A DNA stretch of 64,000 bases from Callorhinchus milii (Eukaryota): NCBI RefSeq assembly GCF_018977255.1, contig NW_024704742.1, forward strand, positions 98,768,001 to 98,832,000. The letters run 5' to 3'. Under the pieces are notes generated by a model. It was given only the letters and a program-made list of their open reading frames with translations, was not told where the DNA came from and made no database searches. The translations under genes and the position numbers were made by a program. How positions within the stretch are numbered: position 1 is the first letter of the stretch; each line of letters opens with the position of its first letter. Below, one piece after another: positions 52,831 to 64,000 of the stretch.

Positions 52831-53319
52831 CACCTCCAAAATAGATCATGAACACATGTAGTGTTATATTCTAAAAAAAACCTGAAACATTAGTTATTTA
52901 CAGCAAAGGCAACAGATTATAAATAAATAATTATAATCAGCATCAATGAAGAGCTTCTGAAGTGTGATATTTTCCTTTAAGGGATGAAAATAATTATTTG
53001 ACTCTATGAATCATTACGTTCATTATTTTTGTGAACAAATCCAGCTCAGTTGTGATACGATTATATGCTTTCAGTTATATCAATAATGTGAACACTTTGT
53101 ATATAAATTGATGTATTAATTCTACAGGTCCTTCTGGAAATTAACATATGAACTAACTTGAGTTGCCATTGCTTTATGGAATAATAATAATAATTATAAT
53201 CCTAATTAAATGGCGGGACAGGCTTGATGGGCTGAATGGCCTACTCCTGTTCCTATGTCCCTATGTTCAGAGCCCAAGACATCAGACCACAAGCTATACA
53301 ATGCCCTCGTCAGGCTACA

Positions 53320-54160
53320 TATTTCTGGTTGCTGAAGCATTAGGTGGATGGCCAAGCTCTGAGCAGAGCAAGAGGAAGGCACTAAGCGGAATGAACTAGA
53401 GCTTCTTAGTCTGGAAATGAGAAATCTCAGCAGGCAGTTTATAGCAGCATATTTTCAATGGGATTGAGAAAGGAAACCCAGAAGAATACATTTGGATGTG
53501 CTGATACAACAAGAGGGAACAGCTTCAGGGTTGTAGTGGGTAATTTCAGCACAGACATCAACAACAACAAAAAATGACATTTGTATAGCGCCTTTCACAT
53601 TGGGAGGTGGGGATGTGAAGCAGGCCGGAGCCCGTTGAGCGGATGGAGTGGACAGGATGGTAGGGGGTTAGAAGGTCGCAGAGGTAGGGGGGAGCAAGGC
53701 CATGGAGGGATTTGAAGATGAGGACTGGGATTTTGAACTGTATCCTCTGTGTGTTGGGAAGCCAATGGAGTCGAGGATGGTAGTGATAGGGCAATGGAGC
53801 CTGGTGTGGGAGAGGACACGGGGTACAGAGTTCTGGTGATCTGCAGCCTATGGAGGGAGGAGTTGGGAGGCTGACAAGCAAGGAGTTTGCATAGTCAAGC
53901 CTCGATGTTATGAATGTGTATGAGGGCTTCGGCGGCCTGGGGTGTGAGATTGTGGGGGAGCCTGGCAATGTTGCATCAGGAAGTATTTTTTTATCCAGAG
54001 GATAATCAACAACTGGAAGGGTTACCTGGAAAGGTGGCTGAAGCTAATACACTAAACTATTTTTTTAAAAAAAGCTTAATGCTGTAATGAGAGGAAATAG
54101 GGTGGGTATTCTGGAAGAATTAGATCAAATAGACCAAAGGGCTTTCTTGTAATTTGCAAT
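53320..54160 (+). mobile_element. CR1 fragment interrupted by a minus-strand L2 (~53558-53975)
   Basis: LLSLEMRNL..FSTD(I) before the L2 and caggaagtattttttatccagaggataatcaac after it; L2 motifs SRLDYANSLL/LHWLP inside. Confidence 0.75.
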
Positions 54161-54356
54161 GTTAGTCAAACAAAGAAAGCTTTTGAAAGAAGTCTCCACT
54201 CCAAATATGTTTATTTCTAATTGAAGTGTTTATTAAACCCTGTAAAAGACAACTATTTATATATGCACTGAACGGTGAGAATAAACATATGAAAGATGGT
54301 TGTGCCTTTACTCCAAAAAGATGCTTTCCACATGTACACTATTCAATATGTCCCAA

Positions 54357-54510
54357 TATGTGGGATATCGCTGTGTGCAACTGGCTGCCGTGTTTCCCCC
54401 CACAAAATAAAGTCACTCCACTTTACAGTATATCCTGTGAAGCGCTTTGAGACATCTCAATGGCATCATAAGGCACTATAACAAATGCAAGGGTTATTAT
54501 TAATAATAAT
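54357..54510 (+). mobile_element. SINE 3' fragment
   Basis: Deu core and tail. Confidence 0.75.
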
Positions 54511-56477
54511 GGAAATTGTGAAAATGTTGATGGTACATATCTTAGAAAATGTATCTTAATGATGCTTTGCATGACACTGAATGTCAGAGAATATAGAACA
54601 TTTATCAGCACTGATGACAAGTGATTTATTCCTAAAATATTAAAACTCAGAAGTACACATTCAAAGAACATGCAAAAAATCATGGATCAAATTAATTAAA
54701 AATAAGAGTTAATCCCTTGTTATATTAATACAGCAATATTTTGAGCTGCATTTGGAACCAAAGTCACGTTAAATGTTTGTTAAAAGGGGAGAGAGAGTTA
54801 ACTTTGAACAGATTACAGAAGTTAAATGTGATAACATCAATCAATATGAACAAAGTCTAAGAGCACGCTGGATCCAACATGAATATCATGCATGGCCAGA
54901 GGGTTATAGGTTACTGATCTCTCTCTGAGCAACATTTGGAGTGCTCCAGTTTGGTTTAGTGCACTTGGAGAGGAGAGGTGAAAAACAGACAGGATTCTCG
55001 CTTCTCATCCCAATCTAATAAGTAATGGGCACTCGGAGAGATTTTGTAGGCAACTAATACCTGTGCAACTGTACCTCAGTACAAGGGAGTGGAGGATATC
55101 AACACTTTATAGAGGAAGGGGAAGGGACAAAATAGACTTTTGGAGAAGAAAAGCAACAAAGAAAATCACAATCAAATGCCTCAATTACATAATACGACGT
55201 TGTGGCAAATTAAAGGATTATTATTATAACAATTTGAAACTACGTGTTTAAATGATGAGATCCAAGACTTGAGAATAACTAGACTATTTATCTGTCAAAA
55301 CACAAGTTGCATTATATTTACTTTACAGTGACTTTAGGTTACATATTTACACACAATAATGTGAAAATTTGTTGGTATTCCCTTTTGTCTGAAAAATTGA
55401 GAAACATATTTTAGATCCATCTTGAAACAAACGTGGTTGTCCTTCTTAGTCCCATTAAACACCCAATTAACAGCAACCATTATGCAGAGTTTATTTTACT
55501 TTATAATGTTCCTCATTTCAAAATCGATTTCTCATAAAGACTTTGCTTTTAACTGTCCTTTAAATCGACTGTAAACATATTTAGAAGTACATTTGCACAG
55601 AACAGGAAATGTATTAACTTACAAGGTGCTCTAGTTATGGAAGAAAAAGATCTTAAAGGAACACAATATGCCAAACACAATAATAAAATAATAAGCTCTC
55701 ATTGAAGGAAATTGTTCTGGTGAAAAATATGGCAATGAAAACAAAACGTCAATAAAGAGCTGTCCTCTGTGCTGAAATCGTCCCTCTTCTGGGAAACAAA
55801 GCACACACTTTACCAGGTGACCAGTTTTACTGTGACTTTGGGTTACATATTTACCCACAATAATGTCTGGATTTTATCAGTATGCATTTTTTTTTCTCTG
55901 AAAAATCGAGAAACGTGTTTTAGATCCATCTCAAAACAAGGGTGGATGGTCTCCTTGGTCACATCAAATAGATACCTTCAGTCAATTCATCCCACCTATC
56001 CGCCTTTCCTTTGTGTTTGGGGATTTGTCCTTGAATGGGTTTTGTCATGAACACCTCTGTGTTTTTGAAGGTGAGAGATGATATTGCTGAAGAGCAGCAT
56101 ATGTTTTTCAATCTGTATCCACTGAGGGCACCACCTGTAGCTCTGTATTTATTCTCTTTGCACAACGCTCCTGAATTCTCCCACCACACACTGACACTTC
56201 ACACAGATGGGTTTTATCCCTTTTGCATTGGGGGGCGGTTGAGACCCCAGTAACGTAAAGCACTAAAACATAACCGAGGCTTTCGCGTTGTGAACTGTAA
56301 CCCATAACCACAGAGAGGCGGAGCGGCCACACCGCCAAGTTGGGAAAACGAAAGCTTTGTGTTGCATTCCTTATTCCTCGAGTCCTTCAGAAGAGGCTTT
56401 GGAAAAGAGAGACAGACATCACTTCGGAAACGATTCACTCCTCTCTCCAAACAAAGGGACTGTGTCAATTTCTTCAG

Positions 56478-56522
56478 TCAATCAATCAATCAATCAATCA
56501 ATCGATCAATCGATCAATCAAT
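56478..56522. repeat. (TCAA)n microsatellite
   Basis: tcaatcaatcaa.. with tcga variant units. Confidence 0.95.
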
Positions 56523-57634
56523 TCAACCACACGGACCCTAACCTAACAGAATGCAGTGGTGGCGACTCATTAAGAGGTCTAAATTGGACGATTTTACTCT
56601 TAACAATTGAAAGGAAAGTGTTTTCCAATTACAGGACCACAACAAGAAGCCCAGACGCTGCTGAGTGGCTTTGTTTTAGGGGAGACAGAGAGCCAGTGGG
56701 GACTCCCTTATCAGAGGCACAGCATCTTTACAATTATAACTTTAACCATCTTGCAGAGTGGCGTGCAGATGCTGATCCATGACAAACCATCGTCCCTGCA
56801 ATTACCGCAGGGCAAAAATGAGTGAATTGGAGTGATGTGGAGGTGCTATCAGAAATGAAATGGTACCGCATGTCAAAATGACAATGCATATTACACGGTT
56901 AGCAGAATAAATGGCACGTGAGATAGCTGGGGGTACTTTCAATAGCTATCTATAATAAGCTTTTTTTTTTAAGTGAATCATGAGAATTGGTTCCAATTCA
57001 ATGCAGATTAATTGTTTGCTCGAAGCAAATCCTTTTTATGAACAACGCTGTTTGATTGTACGTTAAGGTTGCGAGGAAAGGACATGCGGAGCTTTGTGTC
57101 ACTCGTATAGATCTATGGTGTCACTCACGGAGATTGTATAGGTATATATAGGCTCTATGCACATGTTCTTGCCTGCAATCTGGTGTAGAAGGAACTCGAC
57201 TAACCACAATAATGTCAGCTGTAGAAGTTGAAAGTAACAGATCTGGAAATGCAGCGTCTGTTTGCAACGGTAAGGAACTAAGATCTTATCTGTTCATTTC
57301 TTATTTATTCCCAACCAGTGTCCTTGTGTTTATTGTACATGTTCTTAAAAGTAGAAATCACAAAATAAAACGGGTCTCACAAGTTACTTGCATCCTGGAT
57401 TGGCAGTGCATTCGCTGAACATTGATAGCAATGCTGATCAGCTGTGCCCAGGTATCAGCATTTTGGACATGAACATCGATGGTGATGGGCAACTGACCTC
57501 GAGACATGAACTTCTAAAGAAAGAAGATAAAGTTAAAAAAAAAAGCTATTTGCTTCAAAGGAATGTTTGAACCGAACTTTTGCAAAGATCGATCACAAAT
57601 AGTGACTAAAATCTTCACATGGACTATTACCAAA

Positions 57635-57641
57635 TCTCTCA

Positions 57642-57674
<33 letters not shown>
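57635..57674. repeat. (CT)n(CA)n compound microsatellite
   Basis: Direct reading. Confidence 0.95.
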
Positions 57675-57675
<1 letters not shown>

Positions 57676-59569
57676 GGGGGAGAGAATTATTTCAATATTG
57701 TATCTCAAAATTGTTTTATTCTGAGTATGTTTATTTGTTGAATGCATGCTTGCTTGGATCGAATTTGAAAACATCGGGGACGAGGGAATTTGAGTTGATT
57801 TGGGGATGAAAGAAAGTGAACGAAGCTAAAAGATAAAATGAGTACAAGCGACTCAGGGATTAAACCAGAACAGCATCAGCAATGCCACACAGCCGCGAGT
57901 TGTAGGTATCCACTAATATATTATTTAGTTAAGGCTGGATTTGTATTTATAAAAAGAATTGCAATATAAAGTAAGACTGAGATGATTGCATATCTCTTGC
58001 ATTTAAATAACAGATAAGCTGTTTCTCCTCAATTTCTACATAGCAGTTTCTAAACATTTTATAAATTCATGTGCCAATGAAGCCAAATTCTCCCAATGAA
58101 TTATCAATAAGGTTAGTACTGTACAATACAATTTAAATAACCTCGAGAAGTATAGCTTATTTACAAAAGGCTCGGGGGTAGAACTTGTACCTTAAATATG
58201 TCATCGATCGAAGTAAAATTAAAGGTCTATTCTTATAAACGTTCGAAAGAGCAATTTAACAATTCGTAAAATAGAAAATAGTATAATTATAATATGAATT
58301 TCTCAGGCATCGCCTTTTCATTATATGTCAAGTAACTATTTTTTAAAAAACATTCTTAGGGTCTATTTTCCTCTTGTTGACAGCAATAGTGCGACTTTGC
58401 AGAGTTTCAGTAATATGAACATTTTGTCTATTGAAAATAAATGTGACAATTTTCCAGCCTGGCAGCAAATAGTGATTTCTTAAACCCTTTAGGTTGATAA
58501 ACCAGAAAAACACTTAATCGATGCTGGGAATCAGACTTTTAACATTTCAGAACTTATGTGGTCTTAATCTTGAAGCTGATTCTTCTTTTTGGAAATTGTA
58601 TTCATTCATATGTCCAGTGAGCACTGCCGGAAGATCAGATTATTGACCCTTTGCCTCTGCACATGTTGAACAAAGCAGCAAGTACTCAGGAGAGTACTGA
58701 GTACCTTGTCAGCTCACTGTGACATTGATAGTGCATTGCTACCTATCAGTTGGCATTACAGGTTCCTGACAACAAAACTAAAATAAAAACAAAAAAAACA
58801 TAAATCAAAGAATTTTTTAAAATCTTACAATTTAAAAACATCAGCCGCCGTAAAATAATAATAATCCTTGCATTTGATATATCGCTTTATCACATCTTCC
58901 AGATATCTCAAAGCGTCAAAACATAAAATGCAACTCTTATGTAACCTTTCCCACAAAATATATTATCACCATTGTATCTGACGCCAGGACAAGCCCTGAA
59001 TGTGTTGTAAAAGGTGATATTATGGAAATTTGGTCAATCCTAATGCAAATGTGGAATTTTAAAAGCAACAACAGTTTACATTTATACAGCGCCCTTCATG
59101 AGGGTAGCATATAGCAAGGTCAAAAGAGATGCATTTTCACCAAATTTGTGTCTTCTTTTGCTGTCCATCATCACCGGAGCTTTGAAATTGCTGTTCTGGT
59201 ATGCTGCATATATATTCCCACCCCATCAAATAATCAATACATTCATATCATATTCTGAGATTACTACACAATTTCGATACAGCTTGTAAACTATTGTTGA
59301 ACTGCATAAACAGGAGAAATATATTATAATAATAATAATTCTTGAATTTGATATAGCGCCTTATCACGTTTTCGAGATGTCTCAAAACGCTTCACAGGTA
59401 TACTGTAAAGTGAATTGACTGTATATTTTGTGGGCAAAATCATACAGATCAAATGATGCAAAACTAAAAACAATGAATTGAACAGTCCATACTATAGAGA
59501 CTTCTATACACATAAATATAAATACTTATTTGTTTTTCGGTGTTTGTGGATCTTGCTCACGCCGAGGAT

Positions 59570-59700
59570 TTTATTTATTTGTTTGTTTGTTTGTTTGGTT
59601 GTTTATTTGTTTATTTATTTAGACATAGACAGACAGAGAGACAGACGGACGGATGAAGAGTTGGGTGGATGGGTGGATGGACAGACAGACAGACAGACAG
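59570..59700. repeat. (TTTG/TTTA)n, (GACA)n and (GGAT/GGGT)n compound microsatellite
   Basis: Direct reading. Confidence 0.9.
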
Positions 59701-61434
59701 AATCTTTCTGTTACATCTGAAAATATATCTATTTGCACAGATCATATGATCAATAATATAGCTGCCAATTGGAGTTATTTGGACACCAGTGAAGTTGTTT
59801 AACAAAAATACTTTAAATATAAAAGCAATGGAATGAAGGAAGGAAAAAACCAGGGAAGGTTAATTTAGCATCTCATAATATGCAGCAGTTCCTGTGGTGT
59901 ATATGCTACAAATATAGTTTTATTACCTGTTGTCTGGAAAATGACAGTATAAAAATCTCAGGTTTAATCTGTATATGGGCGTGCTTGCTGCACATTGGCA
60001 GAAAAAGCTTAAGGTTTGCTTTCACTAATAAACATTCAAAGGAAAAAAGATTTATGGACTGGGATGACAGATGTTTTACTGACTCATTAAATATTTAATG
60101 CACGAAGAGAGCAGTAAACATTTGTATTTTGTTTATAATAATTGCAGGAATAGAAACCTATTTTATTCCAGCCAACAAATATAATTAGTGTGCCTGGGTT
60201 AGGATGTGAGCTTGTGTAACGATCGGTCGAGTAGGAAAGCTTGTGCAGATTTTTCTTCAACAAGGATGTTATGCACAATTTCCTATTAGCGGTGAAAGTA
60301 TTTCACATTATACACAGCCTTTCAGGACTCCCCTCGTTTTAACCCATCCCAATAAAAACCCTGTAACATTATCAATAAATCTTGTCATGGTGCTTTTTTA
60401 TAGTTTCAAGTCAAATAAACTATTTCTGTTTATGGCTCCTGTTCTCCTTGGTTAATTTTGGCAGATGTGCATGCATATAAACGTGCCTTAATTTCCAATA
60501 TTGCTCATAGTGAAACAGTGGGGATTCCTATTGTTCAATGTGATTTTCAAATCAAATGCTATAGGCATAATGACTGACTAAAGAGGGGCATCTGGTTTCT
60601 GCCTGGCCAAATGCACTTGGAAGAATTTGAGGTGTTTTCGAAAATGTATTTAGCATTAAACCTGCGTGTTTCAAATCAGGCTTTAAAAATATTGGGGTTG
60701 CAAGGACGGTTTAGTATGGGAAGGTTGATTTCTCATTATAGCTATGTTGTCCTCTATCATTCTGCCCTGTTAGTTTTCTTATGGAATTACACAAAAATCT
60801 ACAGCACAGAAACAGGCCAATGGGCTCAGCTAGTTAGTCCTAGCTGGTATTTATACTCCACATGAGCCTCCATCCACTGTAATCCTCACTTCCATACCTT
60901 CCAGTTTCATCTTAAATAGGTTAATGCCTTCAGCTTCAATCATAATTTCTGGCAGTGAATTCCACATTCTCATCACAGTCTGCCTAAAGTAGTTCCTCTC
61001 AAATTCCCTTTTAATATGTCTCTGTGCTGATCCGTTTCGCTATGTAAAGTGCACCAGCTTTCTGTAAATTTGACAACCGAAAATGATCATTCACCAGATC
61101 AGTCATTATTCCATCTATCTCTTCACACCAATTGGTTAGAATTCATTTACGTGTATCCATTCTTTATTCTTTGTTTCCGCAAAACCAGTCATTAACTTCA
61201 TCTGTTAGAGCTGACTTCTGATTTTTTTATTTTTTATATACACTTAGTATGGGAAGGTTGATGTCCCATTATAGCTATGTTGTCCTCTATCATTCTGCCC
61301 TGTTAGTTTTCTTAATAATAATTCTTGCATTTGATATAGTGCCTTATCATGTCTTCAAGACATCTCAAAGTGCTTCACAGAATATACTTTAAAGTGAATT
61401 GACTGTTTATTTTGTGGGCAAAATAATTATCATC

Positions 61435-61790
61435 TCTTTTATCTCAGAGTCAGAAGGATATGAGTTCAAGCCTCACATCGGGCATTTGAATTCCTGCTCT
61501 AGGCTGACCCTCCAGTGTAGTGCTGGGGTTGTGCAGCATCGCTGGAGGTGCCGTCCTTCAGATGACATGTTAAACCAAGGTCATCTGCTTGATCAGTTGG
61601 GCAGTAAAGATCCCATTGCATTGTTTGAAAAGAGGAATTTCTCCAATGTCCTGGCCAACAATCCCACAAACAAAATTGAGCATTCACTTCATGGCTGTTT
61701 GTGGGGAATTGGCTGCAGTGTTTGGCTTCAAAAATCCACACATTAAATACACTTTACAGTATATCCTTGTGAAGCGCTGCAGATAACATT
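61435..61790 (+). mobile_element. Old Deu-domain SINE, adjacent to a young minus-strand SINE tail (61314-61425)
   Basis: gagtcagaagg..gttcaag head, aaagatcccattg body, Deu core. Confidence 0.7.
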
Positions 61791-61859
61791 TATGATAGTT
61801 TTGCTATTTCCTTTAACTCACTTAAAAATGAGAAAACGAAAGATAGATTGTGAGGTAGA

Positions 61860-62520
61860 TTCAGCGGAATCCACTTTAGGCGGACTCCGGTTAACCCTGG
61901 ACACCGGGAAAATCAAACAAAATCCCCGACTCCGAATCATTTGTATTCTTACCTGTTTTATATATACAGGTTGATTCGGACAAAAATTCAGTTAATGGAG
62001 TGAAAATGCCTCGCTGGTCGCTGCTGAATGTACTTACTCAGGCCTTCTGTGTCTTGAGTGGCCCCATTCAGCCACAAGCTGCTCCGGGGTAGGGATGGAA
62101 GGAGTCTAGGATTGATTGACAATGGATTCCAGCCAGTCACAAGCGGATGGAGTTGGGCTGTCAGTCAATGTGGGGCGGAGGAATGGGGAAGAACAAGGGA
62201 GGGAATTGGAGGAGTCAAATTGCCATTGATTGACAGCTGGAGCTGGAGCCCAAACATTCACAAGCGGTTCCGAGGCTATCAATCACTTCGGAGCCACCGC
62301 TAATTGGTCCCCTTCCCATCCAGTGGGACCGCAAATGGGAGGGAGGATGCTCTTCTGCTGGGCGGGAAGAGGTAAGAGAACTTCGGCTAACCTTGGACGT
62401 CACTAAGTTGAATAAAACGGCCTTTTCCGATGTGTCCGGCTTAACCGGCTTCCACTGTATATAGATAGATATTAACGTAGTAGCACATTGTGTACTCAAT
62501 AAATCGTGTATCACTTTCGA
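61860..62520. promoter_or_regulatory. CpG-rich promoter-like region, possibly bidirectional
   Basis: Many intact CpGs outside repeats; GC boxes at 62172 and 62360; TGATTGACAG-type decamers; attgg at ~62303; strong splice donors facing both ways. Confidence 0.55.
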
Positions 62521-64000
62521 CTCTGATCTAGATGTATGTAGAAATACTGATGTATAAGATCCAGTATCCTACTCTTATATGTGGCAACCCAATAAAATCC
62601 TAGTATTTCAGGAAGTTTTCTAAAATCACCTATATTAGGGAGTTCATCATAGCTTCTTACACACATTTCTTAGTTTATATAGGAAGATCCATCATGTGTC
62701 AATGGTATTGATACAGCGACTATATTGTTGAGAATATTTCAACTTGGTTTCACCAAGTTTCTGTAAAGTGTATATTTGAAAGCAAATTTATATTGTTTTC
62801 ATTTCTTGTTCCTGCTATGGTTGATTCTTAAGAAGTTGTTGACATAGTAATTGTTATGTTCACATTGTTTCTCTGCAAGTAAGTAGCTGGGACTGGGAGT
62901 AGATTTTTGGATGGTGCTGTGCTTGGCTCATTCAAATATTTCAAAACGTACCTCTTTGTCTGTGCATTTGGTCATCTTTTCTCCTCCCATGCCTCCCACC
63001 ACCTGCCCACCAGAGCTCACCCGCCCATCCAGTTCTGCCAAACGCTTTAAGACATCCTCCTGAAATGAAAGGAGTTAAAGTAAAACTCCTGATAACTCTT
63101 CACTCCAAGAGAAAAGGGCATGGGGATGAGTTATCTGTAGTGGTGAGTTAAGCATATGTATACATACATAAATAAATGTGGCCAGGATATTGACAACATG
63201 ATGATTTAAACTTTCATGACAAGTTAAGCCATAGTGAAGTTATCAAGAGTTTACTATTTGTAAATGTAAATTGTATTGTATTTCATTGAAGGCTGCTTGA
63301 GAAGATAACAAGAGGATGTAATTTCTTCTTTTTGCTGTGAACATGTCAATGGATCTGAACTTCAGATTTCTCCTGAGATAGTATTGACGTGCCATGGGTT
63401 TATTGTTTTGATTCTGCACCTGAAATCTTTGTTGCATTTCATTATGGCTTGTTCTTCCTATGAATGCAAATGCAAAATAAAAATTACTGCTTGTGGGCAG
63501 TTTACATTTTGCATCAGCAAACTTTCGCCTCAGGTTAATTTGCTTCCGCTTTTCACCTTAGTTACATTCTGAGAACCGATGTTATTTTTTCAACCTGTCG
63601 CATTCTTTGTCCCATCAAAGCGCCTCGAGATTCTTAGCTGCTTTTTATAGTTTTCCATATATTTGTTTCCATGCCAAATATATGGTATGATCATGAAAAA
63701 CGGCTATAGTAGTGAGATCACTGGCATATTGAATAGTAACTCGCAGAATTATCACTGAGCTGATTTCAACTCCATTTCAACTGTATAATTGAGTTATTAT
63801 ACTGGGGATCATATACAATGCTCACCACTGCAGTCCTCCAGGGTCTGGGCAGTTCCCGGATATCATGGGGATTAGAACCATACACAGTACTGCAGGTATA
63901 ACCTTACGAGAGCACATGTACCTTTTAGGCATGATTTCTTAGGACCTGAACTCAGCTAATTTGACAGTATAGCAAACAATAAAAACAAGTTGAATTTATA

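Noticed and set aside
58682..58704. Hairpin gtactcag-N7-ctgagtac
   Set aside because: An 8-bp stem is expected by chance in 64 kb; no other support

Overview
Eukaryotic, repeat-rich vertebrate DNA, most likely a cartilaginous fish (inferred from the retroelement families and a CYP1D-type gene). The only protein-coding gene I can identify is the 5' part of a CYP1-family cytochrome P450, best matching CYP1D1, on the minus strand. Coding exons are 5421-4582 and 3777-3654; I found no later exons in 1-3653, so they probably lie left of the window. A candidate promoter and non-coding first exon sits near 9.3-10.1 kb. The rest is mostly upstream or intergenic DNA filled with L2 and CR1 LINE fragments, two tRNA/Deu-domain SINE families with L2-type tails, hAT-like MITEs, a Penelope-like terminal repeat carrying a minimal hammerhead ribozyme motif, two dispersed repeats I could not classify, and several local duplications. 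I cannot demonstrate a new biological system. The best leads are the hammerhead motif (7216-7252), a CpG-rich and possibly bidirectional promoter built from a duplicated module of TALE-type (PBX/PKNOX) decamers (~62 kb), a possible small two-exon gene or relic with EF-hand-like loops (~57.2-57.6 kb), and a tandem duplication whose copies preserve each other's empty insertion sites (28.9-32.6 kb). Repeat boundaries are approximate and read by eye.
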